Source: a virus
Lineage: Duplodnaviria > Caudoviricetes
Length of the DNA stretch: 38,126 nt
IMG/VR virus record: IMGVR_UViG_3300038520_000467
Location: 1-38,126 of that record
Strand: one strand, 5' to 3'
A program made the translations under genes and the position numbers. Of this stretch, positions 1 to 8,592 are shown in pieces; within the stretch, counting starts at the first letter, position 1; each line of letters opens with the position of its first letter. The notes below the pieces were generated by a model. The model saw nothing but the letters and a program-made list of their open reading frames with translations, made no database searches and was not told where the DNA came from.

Positions 1-26
1 CAACAGCAATGGCAATTGCTTTATAA
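1..26 (+). CDS. 3' end of an upstream gene (probable fibre protein), ending ...TAMAIAL*
   Basis: ACA GCA ATG GCA ATT GCT TTA TAA from base 3; hydrophobic C-terminus resembles that of 445..2118 and sits in the same context. Confidence 0.6.
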
Positions 27-40
27 ATAACTAGAAAGTA

Positions 41-50
41 AGTATAATAA
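41..50 (+). promoter_or_regulatory. AGTATAATAA putative phage late promoter (copy 1)
   Basis: Intergenic, followed by AGGAG and ATG at 67; motif recurs nine times between genes. Confidence 0.75.
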
Positions 51-87
51 ATATAGGAGACTAAATATGGCACAAGATTTTGAAAAC
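41..87 (+). repeat. Near-identical direct repeat with 2122..2170 (promoter + RBS + first codons MAQDF)
   Basis: agtataataaatataggagac-taaatatggcacaagatttt versus agtataataaatataggagaccttaaatatggcacaagatttt. Confidence 0.9.
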
Positions 88-393
88 AGCATAGCCAGAA
101 GCACTGGCACTTCAGGGGCAGACATTAGAGTTGCTAATAGTGATGATGCCATTGTAGGATTACGTCTTGCTAATATTCATACAGCAGCAATTACTGTAGA
201 TTGTTTTATTACAAGAAGTAGTGCTAATTATTTTTTAGTTAAAGGTGCTACTATCCCTGCTGGTTCATCTTTAGAATTAATTGATGGGGGTAGTAAAATA
301 GTCTTAGTTAGTGGTGATACATTAAAAGTAGATTGTGATACGGACAACGCATTAGACGTATGGTGCAGTGTAGTAGACACAATTAGTGAATAA
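67..393 (+). CDS. Small beta-rich virion protein, putative fibre adaptor (paralog A)
   Basis: 108 aa, AGGAG RBS; clear paralog of 2150..2479 (KGATIPAGSSLELIDGGSKIVLVSGD vs KGLSLPAGSSVQLLTGGAKMVLKNGD). Confidence 0.7.
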   Translation: MAQDFENSIARSTGTSGADIRVANSDDAIVGLRLANIHTAAITVDCFITRSSANYFLVKGATIPAGSSLELIDGGSKIVLVSGDTLKVDCDTDNALDVWCSVVDTISE

Positions 394-416
394 AATTTAA
401 ACGTATATAGAAAAAA

Positions 417-427
417 TAGTATAATAA
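417..427 (+). promoter_or_regulatory. TAGTATAATAA putative late promoter (copy 2)
   Basis: Intergenic, upstream of AAGGAG and ATG 445. Confidence 0.75.
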
Positions 428-444
428 AATAAGGAGATTAAAGT

Positions 445-2118
445 ATGGGATATATCGGAAATCAACCGGCTGAGACACCAATTAATCAAATTTTAGAAAC
501 AGATTTTAAAATTGGTGAAGATGACGAAACTAAAATAGATTTTGCGGATGTTAATACTATAAACTTTCACGCTAATAACGCGAAAGAAATGGTATTAGTA
601 GAAAATGCTTTGACTCCGGGTGCAAGCGATGGGACTGCATTAGGTACAACTAGCCTTATGTGGTCTGATTTATTTCTTGCAAGTGGTAGTGTCATAAATT
701 TAAATAACGGTGATGTAACACTGACACACTCTGCTAATACTTTAACTGTAGCAGGAGGTACACTTGCAACAGCAGCATTGACTTCAAGCACTATAACTGC
801 GAGTGGTGTTATCCAAACAAATAGCACTACTAATGCTACATCTACAACTGATGGTTCATTACAAACTGATGGTGGATTAAGCGTAGCATTAGATACAGTA
901 TTTGGTGATGATGTATCCCTATTATCAGATGATGCAGTCCTTAATTTTGGAGCAGATAGTGAAATAAAATTAACTCACATTGCAGACACAGGATTAAGAC
1001 TTACAGATTCTGGAGGCACACCTACATTACAATTACATGACCAAAATGAATCAATCGCCTCAGACGGCAGCAAAGTAATTATTACCTCTGGGGGTACTGC
1101 GTTTAGTTTACCTACATCTGACGGAACTAATGGACAAGCATTAGTAACAAATGGTAGTGCTGTATTATCGTTTTCCGATGTAGCATCTAACACACCAACA
1201 AGTGCTGACGGACAAGCATTAGGTTCTGCTTCAGCAGAATGGTCTGATTTATTTTTAGCAGACGGTGGTCAGATATTATTTGGTAATGACCAAGAAATAA
1301 CTTTAACACACGTTGCAGATGATGGATTAATACTTAAACATGTAGGCACTGCAGATGGAAAAGAACCAAGTTTTTCTTTCCATGCGGGTGATAATGACAT
1401 AGCAGCAAATGATGTGTTAGGTTCAATATTTTTCAAAGCTCCAGATGAAGGTTCAGGCACTGATGCTATTTTAGTAGCAGCCGGTATTGAGGCGGTATCT
1501 GAAGGAGACTTTAGTGCTTCTAGTAACGCTACTAAACTATCATTTTTAACAGGTTCATCAGAAGCCGCAGCTGAAAAAATGTCTTTAAGTTCAGGAGGTA
1601 ATCTTACAATTTCTGGGGATTTAACAATTACTGGTGATGATTTATTTATGAACACAAATACAGCAGGACACATTCTTGTTGGTGATGACACAAATTACAA
1701 CCCAGTAGCTGTAAGTGGTGATATTACTTTAGCATCAAATGGTGCAGTTACAATAGCAAATGATGCTGTTGAATCAGGAATGTTAAATGACAATATTATT
1801 TCAGGACAAACAGAAATTACTTCTGGTTTAAATGCAGCAGATGAACTTTTATATTCAGACGGAGGAACTGTTAAAAGAATTGGATTAGACACTTTAGCTA
1901 CTAAATTATTTAGCGTGGCTAGTGCAGATACAGTAGCACAAGCTAGTGACCACATGCTCTTCTTAGATGGTGGTGCGACTGGAGATGTAATTGTAGAAAG
2001 TATTGATGACTTCCTAAGTGCGATTGCAGGTTCAGGTATATCAGTTTCTAGCTCACAATTAACTGCGTCAGGGGGAGTGGATGCAGTAGGAGCTTTAGTT
2101 TTTGCATTAGCAACATAA
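445..2118 (+). CDS. Fibre-like virion protein with internal repeats
   Basis: 557 aa, rich in G/S/T/A/D; N-terminal MGYIGNQP; repeated ALG..S..WSDLFLA.G...LTH units; hydrophobic C-terminus VGALVFALAT. Confidence 0.75.
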   Translation: MGYIGNQPAETPINQILETDFKIGEDDETKIDFADVNTINFHANNAKEMVLVENALTPGASDGTALGTTSLMWSDLFLASGSVINLNNGDVTLTHSANTLTVAGGTLATAALTSSTITASGVIQTNSTTNATSTTDGSLQTDGGLSVALDTVFGDDVSLLSDDAVLNFGADSEIKLTHIADTGLRLTDSGGTPTLQLHDQNESIASDGSKVIITSGGTAFSLPTSDGTNGQALVTNGSAVLSFSDVASNTPTSADGQALGSASAEWSDLFLADGGQILFGNDQEITLTHVADDGLILKHVGTADGKEPSFSFHAGDNDIAANDVLGSIFFKAPDEGSGTDAILVAAGIEAVSEGDFSASSNATKLSFLTGSSEAAAEKMSLSSGGNLTISGDLTITGDDLFMNTNTAGHILVGDDTNYNPVAVSGDITLASNGAVTIANDAVESGMLNDNIISGQTEITSGLNAADELLYSDGGTVKRIGLDTLATKLFSVASADTVAQASDHMLFLDGGATGDVIVESIDDFLSAIAGSGISVSSSQLTASGGVDAVGALVFALAT

Positions 2119-2120
2119 TA

Positions 2121-2131
2121 TAGTATAATAA
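2121..2131 (+). promoter_or_regulatory. TAGTATAATAA putative late promoter (copy 3)
   Basis: Intergenic, upstream of AGGAG and ATG 2150. Confidence 0.75.
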
Positions 2132-2149
2132 ATATAGGAGACCTTAAAT

Positions 2150-2479
2150 ATGGCACAAGATTTTAGAAACCAACTTACACTAGTAACAACGTCTGCTCCA
2201 GCAATTTGGACCGCTGGAGATTATGACGTTATAATTGGTATTATGTTATGTAATTCAGATACAGACGATAATGTTTTAGATGTATATGTTGAAAACAGTT
2301 CTACAAAATATCACGTTGCAAAAGGACTTAGTTTACCAGCAGGTTCATCAGTACAATTACTAACAGGCGGTGCTAAAATGGTCTTGAAAAATGGCGATAT
2401 TTTACACGCAGATATAACCACAGGGGCTAATAACGATACACAAGCAATAGTTAGTGCTATAGATACAGCATCATCGTAA
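2150..2479 (+). CDS. Small beta-rich virion protein, putative fibre adaptor (paralog B)
   Basis: 109 aa, paralog of 67..393 with the same MAQDF start and a similar C-terminus (SAIDTASS vs SVVDTISE). Confidence 0.7.
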   Translation: MAQDFRNQLTLVTTSAPAIWTAGDYDVIIGIMLCNSDTDDNVLDVYVENSSTKYHVAKGLSLPAGSSVQLLTGGAKMVLKNGDILHADITTGANNDTQAIVSAIDTASS

Positions 2480-2488
2480 GGAGGAATT

Positions 2489-3562
2489 ATGCCAGATAAT
2501 TTTTTCGGTAACGCACCTAACCATGCTATGCCTTATGATAGTGTCACTTATAATGGTGGTACTGTCCCAACAACTGCAGGCTATCATTTAGTAAAGCGTG
2601 GTTCGTATGGTGATGTCACATTATCAACAAACAAATGTATTATAGAGTTTGATGGTGGTTGCACACTAGATTCATTAAGAATTACAGCAGACCAATGCAC
2701 TGTTATTTTTGGTCCAAAATTAACAATGACAGGTGATAAGTCAAATGGCATGATAAGTATTACGGGTGACAGAAATTATGTGTATATAGGTCCAAACTCT
2801 GTGATAACAGATAATGGAACACCAAATGCTAGAAACAGCACAGACGGTGGCAATGGTATGGCTTGTGTTATAAGTGGCTCTTACAACACAGTTGAAGGTG
2901 CTAACTGGACTTCAATATTAGTAGGTCCACATAGTGCAGGTGCAGCATATAACTCTAGTGGTACAGCAGAACATAACACATTCAAAAATTTAAGGGGTAG
3001 AAATAGACCTAATAACGGTTCTTATGTGTCAACAGCAGACTGGCATGCTTCTGCACCACATACTACCTTTTATAATTGCTTGTCTGACTATGCTAGTCCG
3101 GGTGGTACTAATACCGAAAATAATGGTGGTTATAAACACGGCACTTTTAAATTAGGACCGATAGCAGGAACAGGTAGTGCAAGCAATAGTAATGGTAATG
3201 GCTATGGTTCTAAAGTTATTTATAGTTATCAGGATTGTTCAGGCAATAGTCCTTATGGCAGTGCAACTTCTTTGCCAACAGGAAGTTCAGCAAATAATAA
3301 TTTTGGCATACAAAACTATGGAGCCCCACATTCGCAATTAATAGGTACATACTTAGATAGTGATGGTCAAACTGCGTCATTAGGTATGTATGAGCCGTAC
3401 ACATTAATTTACGGTTGCGTTTGGGATAGTGCTAGCAACATGTCACAAGAAGCAACTGGTACATGCGTAGCAAGTATATTTAAAGACCCAAGCAATTCTA
3501 ATGGCACACAAACCAATAATGTAGCAGTTGGTGGAAGTATAACAGCGTTGACTAATGATTAA
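2489..3562 (+). CDS. Putative beta-helix (pectin-lyase-like) adhesin / receptor-binding protein 1
   Basis: 357 aa, G/N/S-rich with I.G..N-type turns; AAGGAGG RBS; N-terminal FFGNAP. Confidence 0.55.
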   Translation: MPDNFFGNAPNHAMPYDSVTYNGGTVPTTAGYHLVKRGSYGDVTLSTNKCIIEFDGGCTLDSLRITADQCTVIFGPKLTMTGDKSNGMISITGDRNYVYIGPNSVITDNGTPNARNSTDGGNGMACVISGSYNTVEGANWTSILVGPHSAGAAYNSSGTAEHNTFKNLRGRNRPNNGSYVSTADWHASAPHTTFYNCLSDYASPGGTNTENNGGYKHGTFKLGPIAGTGSASNSNGNGYGSKVIYSYQDCSGNSPYGSATSLPTGSSANNNFGIQNYGAPHSQLIGTYLDSDGQTASLGMYEPYTLIYGCVWDSASNMSQEATGTCVASIFKDPSNSNGTQTNNVAVGGSITALTND

Positions 3563-3570
3563 GGAGATAC

Positions 3571-4605
3571 ATGCCTAAATATGCACAAACAATAAATATA
3601 GAAGGACATAGTGGAATACACAGCGAAGAGTACGAAAGAATTGTATTTACTAGAGGTAGATATACTGCTGTGGAAATTGCAGGCGATTACAATGTAATTA
3701 TTATAAATGCTGGTTGCAGATTTGATGGCAAGTTTGTAGTGTCAGGTGATTACAATAAAATTACAATACACAATGATGTTAACTTTAACAATGGCATACT
3801 TATAGGTGCTGACACAAGTTCAACAGTTGGTGTAGGTAATCACATTAAATGTTTAGGTAAAACTTTTATAACTCGTGACCCTAATGACTATAACGACAAT
3901 ACTCAATACGCTTTGCAGATTAATGGCGACTACACACATTGGGAAGGCAGTGGTATGAATACAAAAGTTGCATTAGAAACTGCGTCAGGTAAAACTACTT
4001 ATGCATGTGTTATTGGTAGACAAGCAAGTGATGGTAATGCAGTAAGCACACCAACAAAATGGTGCATTGTAGAAAAAACAAATTTTATGGTTTTATATAA
4101 CGGCTCATCAAATGGCAGTGGTAAATATTCAATGTATGTAAATGGTAGTACGCATGGTGCGATAGCGTGTGGGCATTTAATTACAAATAACTGGTTTGGT
4201 ACTTTAGGTGGGTACGATAGCTCTATAAGTGCAGGACAAGATACTACAGGGGGTGGTGGTCAAGTTGCTCTTGTTGCTGGTACAACAAGATTCGTAGAAA
4301 ACCACATACAGCCAGTTTATACAGGTGGTATAAATCTTACTGTTGCTGGTAAACGTAACATTGTTTTATTTAATCACGTAGCACATGGTGGCAGTTATGG
4401 TGCTGAAGTATCAGAAGATAATGTTGTTTTTTCAGGTAACTTGGTTTATTGGAATGATGCAAAAGGTACATCTGCAGAACCGATACGTCAGACAAGCAGT
4501 GCTGACAGAATGGTTATGGCAGGTAATAGAGGTGGTAACAAGGCTAGTATTGGAACAAACGCTACGAACAGTCAAGTAGGAAATAACGAGTTAGGGACTT
4601 TATAA
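3571..4605 (+). CDS. Putative beta-helix adhesin / receptor-binding protein 2
   Basis: 344 aa, repeated V/I-x-G-D-Y-N and x-x-G-N motifs typical of parallel beta-helices; N-terminal region aligns with 2489..3562. Confidence 0.6.
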   Translation: MPKYAQTINIEGHSGIHSEEYERIVFTRGRYTAVEIAGDYNVIIINAGCRFDGKFVVSGDYNKITIHNDVNFNNGILIGADTSSTVGVGNHIKCLGKTFITRDPNDYNDNTQYALQINGDYTHWEGSGMNTKVALETASGKTTYACVIGRQASDGNAVSTPTKWCIVEKTNFMVLYNGSSNGSGKYSMYVNGSTHGAIACGHLITNNWFGTLGGYDSSISAGQDTTGGGGQVALVAGTTRFVENHIQPVYTGGINLTVAGKRNIVLFNHVAHGGSYGAEVSEDNVVFSGNLVYWNDAKGTSAEPIRQTSSADRMVMAGNRGGNKASIGTNATNSQVGNNELGTL

Positions 4606-5825
4606 TGGCAGAAACATTTAATTATTTTTCACATCAAAAATTTACACCAAACTACATACATGGTATTGATGGCGAGTTTGAAAATGTAAGTAGTGTTACA
4701 AGCAGTGCCGATTGTACTGCTGTTTTAGAAGCAGGTAACAATATAATGTTTACAGGCAACATGGCACAAGTCGACTGGTCAGCTACTAATGAAGTACCAC
4801 GAAAAGATATGACTTGGAAAACTGGTGTAACAATATCTGACTTACATTATTTTAATGCAGAATACACTACGTTAAATTTACAAGCAGGCACAAGTGCAAT
4901 GCAACCGTTACTTTTTGACGCAGCATATGGCTCAAATGTAAATGCAGTAGGTGCTGCTGATATTACAAACGTAAACTTTACAGGCAGTGGTAGTAGCACT
5001 GTAAGCACAACGCTTGGTGACGAGATAGCAACTAAACCTTATACATTTCAAGGTACTGGTTATGAAACATACATGAAGCATTCAGGTGAGATGGCAATAG
5101 TTGACACCAACCCCGGCGTACAAGACCCAGCAATGGGTGATGTAGATGACGGCTTTGGTACGTTCCACTGTGGTTACGAAGGTTATGACGTTATGAGCAT
5201 GTCATACGCACCTCACAAATTTAGTGCTTCAAGCGATTATCGTGCAATAAGTCATGGTGGTCAGTCGCCTGAATTTGTAGACTTTAGAAATTGCACTGTA
5301 GGAATGGTTAATGGTACACGAACAATGTCAAATTCTAATGGTGTACCGGGTGCAATGTTAACGACACGGAATAGTGAGTATTATTATCTATCATTTATTC
5401 TGGCAGACTTTAGTAGTCATAGGCAGGTCTTTAGAGGTAATGCTGATAAAATGCATATAAGGAATTGTGTTGTTGCAGGATTTACAGACTCAACAAGTAA
5501 TCACAATGAGCCAGACAACAGTTACCTTTACAAAAAAAGCATACTAAGTGGTTTTCAATTTTTAGAAATGGAAAGCAGTGCAGGTAGTAGTAACAGCAAT
5601 CATGATGGTGGTGGTATAGCCAGTGCAGATGATGACGCACTAATTGTTGCTTCTACAATAGAAATGCAAAGTGCAGATGCAGCAGGTGATGCTGTGAGGT
5701 TACTAAGTGGTGCAAATGACAACGTAGTTTATGGTTTAAATATACACAGCAACGATACAAGTTACGGTGATGTCCTTGATGATGCAAGTGATGGAACAGT
5801 AGCAGGAAATAGTAGCAATACATAA
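4605..5825 (+). CDS. Putative beta-helix adhesin / receptor-binding protein 3
   Basis: 406 aa, FRNC and IRNC rung-like motifs, C-terminal GTVAGNSSNT; TAATG coupling to the previous gene. Confidence 0.5.
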   Translation: MAETFNYFSHQKFTPNYIHGIDGEFENVSSVTSSADCTAVLEAGNNIMFTGNMAQVDWSATNEVPRKDMTWKTGVTISDLHYFNAEYTTLNLQAGTSAMQPLLFDAAYGSNVNAVGAADITNVNFTGSGSSTVSTTLGDEIATKPYTFQGTGYETYMKHSGEMAIVDTNPGVQDPAMGDVDDGFGTFHCGYEGYDVMSMSYAPHKFSASSDYRAISHGGQSPEFVDFRNCTVGMVNGTRTMSNSNGVPGAMLTTRNSEYYYLSFILADFSSHRQVFRGNADKMHIRNCVVAGFTDSTSNHNEPDNSYLYKKSILSGFQFLEMESSAGSSNSNHDGGGIASADDDALIVASTIEMQSADAAGDAVRLLSGANDNVVYGLNIHSNDTSYGDVLDDASDGTVAGNSSNT

Positions 5826-5836
5826 AGGAGAAATAT

Positions 5837-6244
5837 ATGGCAACATGGAATGGAACAGATGGTTACACAGATGACCAAGTTACACAATTAAATAAAGTTA
5901 CAGACGCTAGAAAAACTGCTGACACAAATACAGAAATGGTAGAAGCAGTTAGCATGTGGGACCAAGATAGTTTTAAGGAAAGACTTAAAACATATTCTGC
6001 TGACGAAATAAAAGCACTGGTAAACATAAAAAAATATAGTGCTGGTCATTCTGATACAACTGCAACTATTGTGTATGATACAGATGCAAATGATTATACA
6101 AGTGAACAGCAAACATGGATTGCAGGTTTTACAATTAAAAGTAATTGGATACAAAAACTTCCACAGATGTTAGCTGCTGCAGCACGACTAAAAGCATTAA
6201 GTTACACTGACCAAACTATAATAGATATTTTAAGAGAATATTAA
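5837..6244 (+). CDS. Hypothetical protein (possible fibre assembly factor)
   Basis: 135 aa ORF with AAGGAG RBS; function suggested by position only. Confidence 0.6.
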   Translation: MATWNGTDGYTDDQVTQLNKVTDARKTADTNTEMVEAVSMWDQDSFKERLKTYSADEIKALVNIKKYSAGHSDTTATIVYDTDANDYTSEQQTWIAGFTIKSNWIQKLPQMLAAAARLKALSYTDQTIIDILREY

Positions 6245-6250
6245 AAATAT

Positions 6251-6260
6251 TAGTATAATA
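6251..6260 (+). promoter_or_regulatory. TAGTATAATA putative late promoter (copy 4)
   Basis: Intergenic copy of the recurrent motif. Confidence 0.7.
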
Positions 6261-6270
6261 TAAGTAGAAC

Positions 6271-6299
6271 TTGCAAAATGAGTTGGAATAAGTTAAGAT
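6271..6299 (+). promoter_or_regulatory. Sigma70-like promoter TTGCAA-N17-TAAGAT
   Basis: Near-consensus -35 and -10 with 17-nt spacer, upstream of AGGAGG and ATG 6319. Confidence 0.5.
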
Positions 6300-6318
6300 A
6301 CGATTTTAGGAGGTACAT

Positions 6319-6741
6319 ATGCCAATAGAAACTAAAACGTACAAACATTACTGGACGGATAAAAAGTGGTGGCAAAATGAAGACTATGTAGAGTTTCCTG
6401 TTTTAACTTACAAGAAACACTATGCAAGGACTAAAACAGTTGAAAGAAAAATAAAAAGTTTATTAAGAAGAGGTAAATCTTTCATACTTAATACGAACAT
6501 TTTGACTGGAGATGATATACTATATGTAAGTGGTTTCAACGGAATGGTTCAACCATGCGATGATGCATCAGAAGAATGTAAAGAAACATGGCAAACCAAA
6601 AAAGATGAAGGACACTATTTATATGTAAACAATTGTCTACCCTTTTTAAATGGGATTAGACCAGTGTGGGGAGACCCCCCACCGAAAAGAATTAGAAGAG
6701 CCTCAATGAAAAGAGGTATTAGTTCAAGGAGAAATGCGTAA
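6319..6741 (+). CDS. Hypothetical basic protein (moron-like)
   Basis: 140 aa, K/R/W/Y-rich, strong AGGAGG RBS; composition unlike the flanking acidic virion proteins. Confidence 0.65.
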   Translation: MPIETKTYKHYWTDKKWWQNEDYVEFPVLTYKKHYARTKTVERKIKSLLRRGKSFILNTNILTGDDILYVSGFNGMVQPCDDASEECKETWQTKKDEGHYLYVNNCLPFLNGIRPVWGDPPPKRIRRASMKRGISSRRNA

Positions 6742-6965
6742 TGCAAGAAGAGCTTAAACAAGATTTAGAAACTTTAGAAAATGAGGCTGCAGGATTAAGA
6801 CAGCAGTTAAACACTCTTAGTAATCAACGCCAAGTGCTAGTAGCTAGAATACAGCAAGTAGATGGAGCTGCTGCTTATTTAAGAGGTAAACTTGGTGTAG
6901 AAGCCCCAGAAGAACAAGTAGAAGAAAAGCCTGAAGAAACAACGGAGGAAAACTCGGAGGGTTAA
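6741..6965 (+). CDS. Small coiled-coil protein with acidic tail
   Basis: 74 aa, heptad pattern, AAGGAG RBS, TAATG overlap. Confidence 0.65.
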   Translation: MQEELKQDLETLENEAAGLRQQLNTLSNQRQVLVARIQQVDGAAAYLRGKLGVEAPEEQVEEKPEETTEENSEG

Positions 6966-6968
6966 CCA

Positions 6969-8105
6969 ATGCCTACAGCGGCAAACGAACAATTTGATTA
7001 TGTTAGAATCGATACTGGTGGAGGTGTTTTTACCAATAGAGATTTAGAAGCTAGGTCTATTACTGGTACATCATTTTCAGTAATAGAAGGCACTGATGAC
7101 TTTTTATATTTAGGGGACGATGCTAAATTTGATATGGCAGTATTTGATATAGATACACCCGGCAGTTACACAGCACCTTTAAAATATGAATACTTCAACG
7201 GGTCTACTTTTAAAGAATTTATCCCTGACACTCAAGAATTTAATTTAGATGATAATGATGATGGTACATACTCTGGAGAGGCTTATGGCTTTGCAGGAGA
7301 TGGTGTTGAAATTTTTCCAATAAGAGTAATAAGTGATTGGGCTAAAACAACTGTTGATGAAGGACAGTCTGCATATTGGATAAGAATAAGTGCCCCGAAT
7401 GGCATAACCACTGGGGCAACTGTTAAAAATATTAGAAAAAGACCTGTAGAAGCATATTGCACTACACAAGAAGTATTTGAATTATTACAACTTGCAAACG
7501 TAACAGGCACTACAGATTTTACAACAGCCACTATCCCAACTAAAGCTACAGTAGAAACATACATTCATGGGGCTCAAGCTCAATTAGATTATCAGACTAG
7601 GAAGTCTTGGAGAATGAATTATGTTGCAGATGAAAAACATGACTTTAATATATTTGGATTTAAGCCCGACAGACCCGACCCTTATAAGATATTAGAGCTA
7701 GCAGTATGGGATGGCTCTGAATTTGACGTTAGAAGCAAAGGTAGAGATAAAGATTACTTTTTAGTCAGGGATACTGGGATGATACACTTTTCTAGATATT
7801 TCTTTTTACCTGCAAGATTTAGAGGATTTAATACACCAACCTTTAGATTTGGGGGTGGTGAGTTTATAATGCCTATAAAACTAAAATATTTGTATGGTAG
7901 AAACATAGGAACAGATACACGAGAGGGTCCATTTGTCACTGAAATAACTAAGAAATTAGCGGCGATAGAGATACTTAAAAACTCTGACTTTGGTAATTTA
8001 GCAGTAAGTGGTATGGATAGAGTTCCTTTACAAACTAAATTACAATTATTTCAAAATGAAGTAGCAGAGGGTATTGAATCACTTAAACGTGTGGAGATAT
8101 TCTAA
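6969..8105 (+). CDS. Putative head-tail adaptor/neck protein with an extra N-terminal beta domain
   Basis: C-terminal half begins AYCTTQEV, with ...GAQAQLDYQTRKSW and Y.YG motifs like phage head-tail connectors; lies upstream of the tail genes. Confidence 0.6.
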   Translation: MPTAANEQFDYVRIDTGGGVFTNRDLEARSITGTSFSVIEGTDDFLYLGDDAKFDMAVFDIDTPGSYTAPLKYEYFNGSTFKEFIPDTQEFNLDDNDDGTYSGEAYGFAGDGVEIFPIRVISDWAKTTVDEGQSAYWIRISAPNGITTGATVKNIRKRPVEAYCTTQEVFELLQLANVTGTTDFTTATIPTKATVETYIHGAQAQLDYQTRKSWRMNYVADEKHDFNIFGFKPDRPDPYKILELAVWDGSEFDVRSKGRDKDYFLVRDTGMIHFSRYFFLPARFRGFNTPTFRFGGGEFIMPIKLKYLYGRNIGTDTREGPFVTEITKKLAAIEILKNSDFGNLAVSGMDRVPLQTKLQLFQNEVAEGIESLKRVEIF

Positions 8106-8555
8106 ATGCCTACTGAGCCTATACCTGTAAATGAATTTATTACTGAATTAGAAAATCAGTGGACTTTTAGTAATGTTAGTGGCACTTCTAAAAAACCGGG
8201 TTTTATAGAAGTTACAGGGGCTGCTGAACCTATGAGATATAACTTAAATGTTAATGACCAGATTATAGCCAGAGCATCTGGTCCAGCATTACAAGAAATA
8301 CCTATTGGTAATAGAAAGTTTGGTAATAGAATATATAATCTTACTTTAGAAATATATACACAAGAAAGTAGGCAACGATTATATGACGTAATGAGAGAAA
8401 TTAGACGTATTTGTCACGCAAGAATACATAGTCTAACTAATTTTCAACGTATACAATTTTTAGATTTTAATGAATTAACAAATGCACAAGCTAATGTGTG
8501 GGTAGGAACAATATCTGTACAATTAGTTAACACTGCAATTACTTTAGAAACATAG
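8106..8555 (+). CDS. Putative tail terminator/completion protein
   Basis: 149 aa, size, strand-helix-strand pattern and position just before the tail tube. Confidence 0.5.
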   Translation: MPTEPIPVNEFITELENQWTFSNVSGTSKKPGFIEVTGAAEPMRYNLNVNDQIIARASGPALQEIPIGNRKFGNRIYNLTLEIYTQESRQRLYDVMREIRRICHARIHSLTNFQRIQFLDFNELTNAQANVWVGTISVQLVNTAITLET

Positions 8556-8562
8556 TGTTTTG

Positions 8563-8573
8563 TAGTATAATAA
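8563..8573 (+). promoter_or_regulatory. TAGTATAATAA putative late promoter (copy 5)
   Basis: Intergenic, upstream of AGGAGG and ATG 8593. Confidence 0.75.
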
Positions 8574-8592
8574 AGATGTAGGAGGAAATATA

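Noticed and set aside
445-5825. Diversity-generating retroelement acting on the fibre genes
   Set aside because: No reverse transcriptase and no ~100-nt repeat pair differing only at adenines; DNA identity between repeats is short
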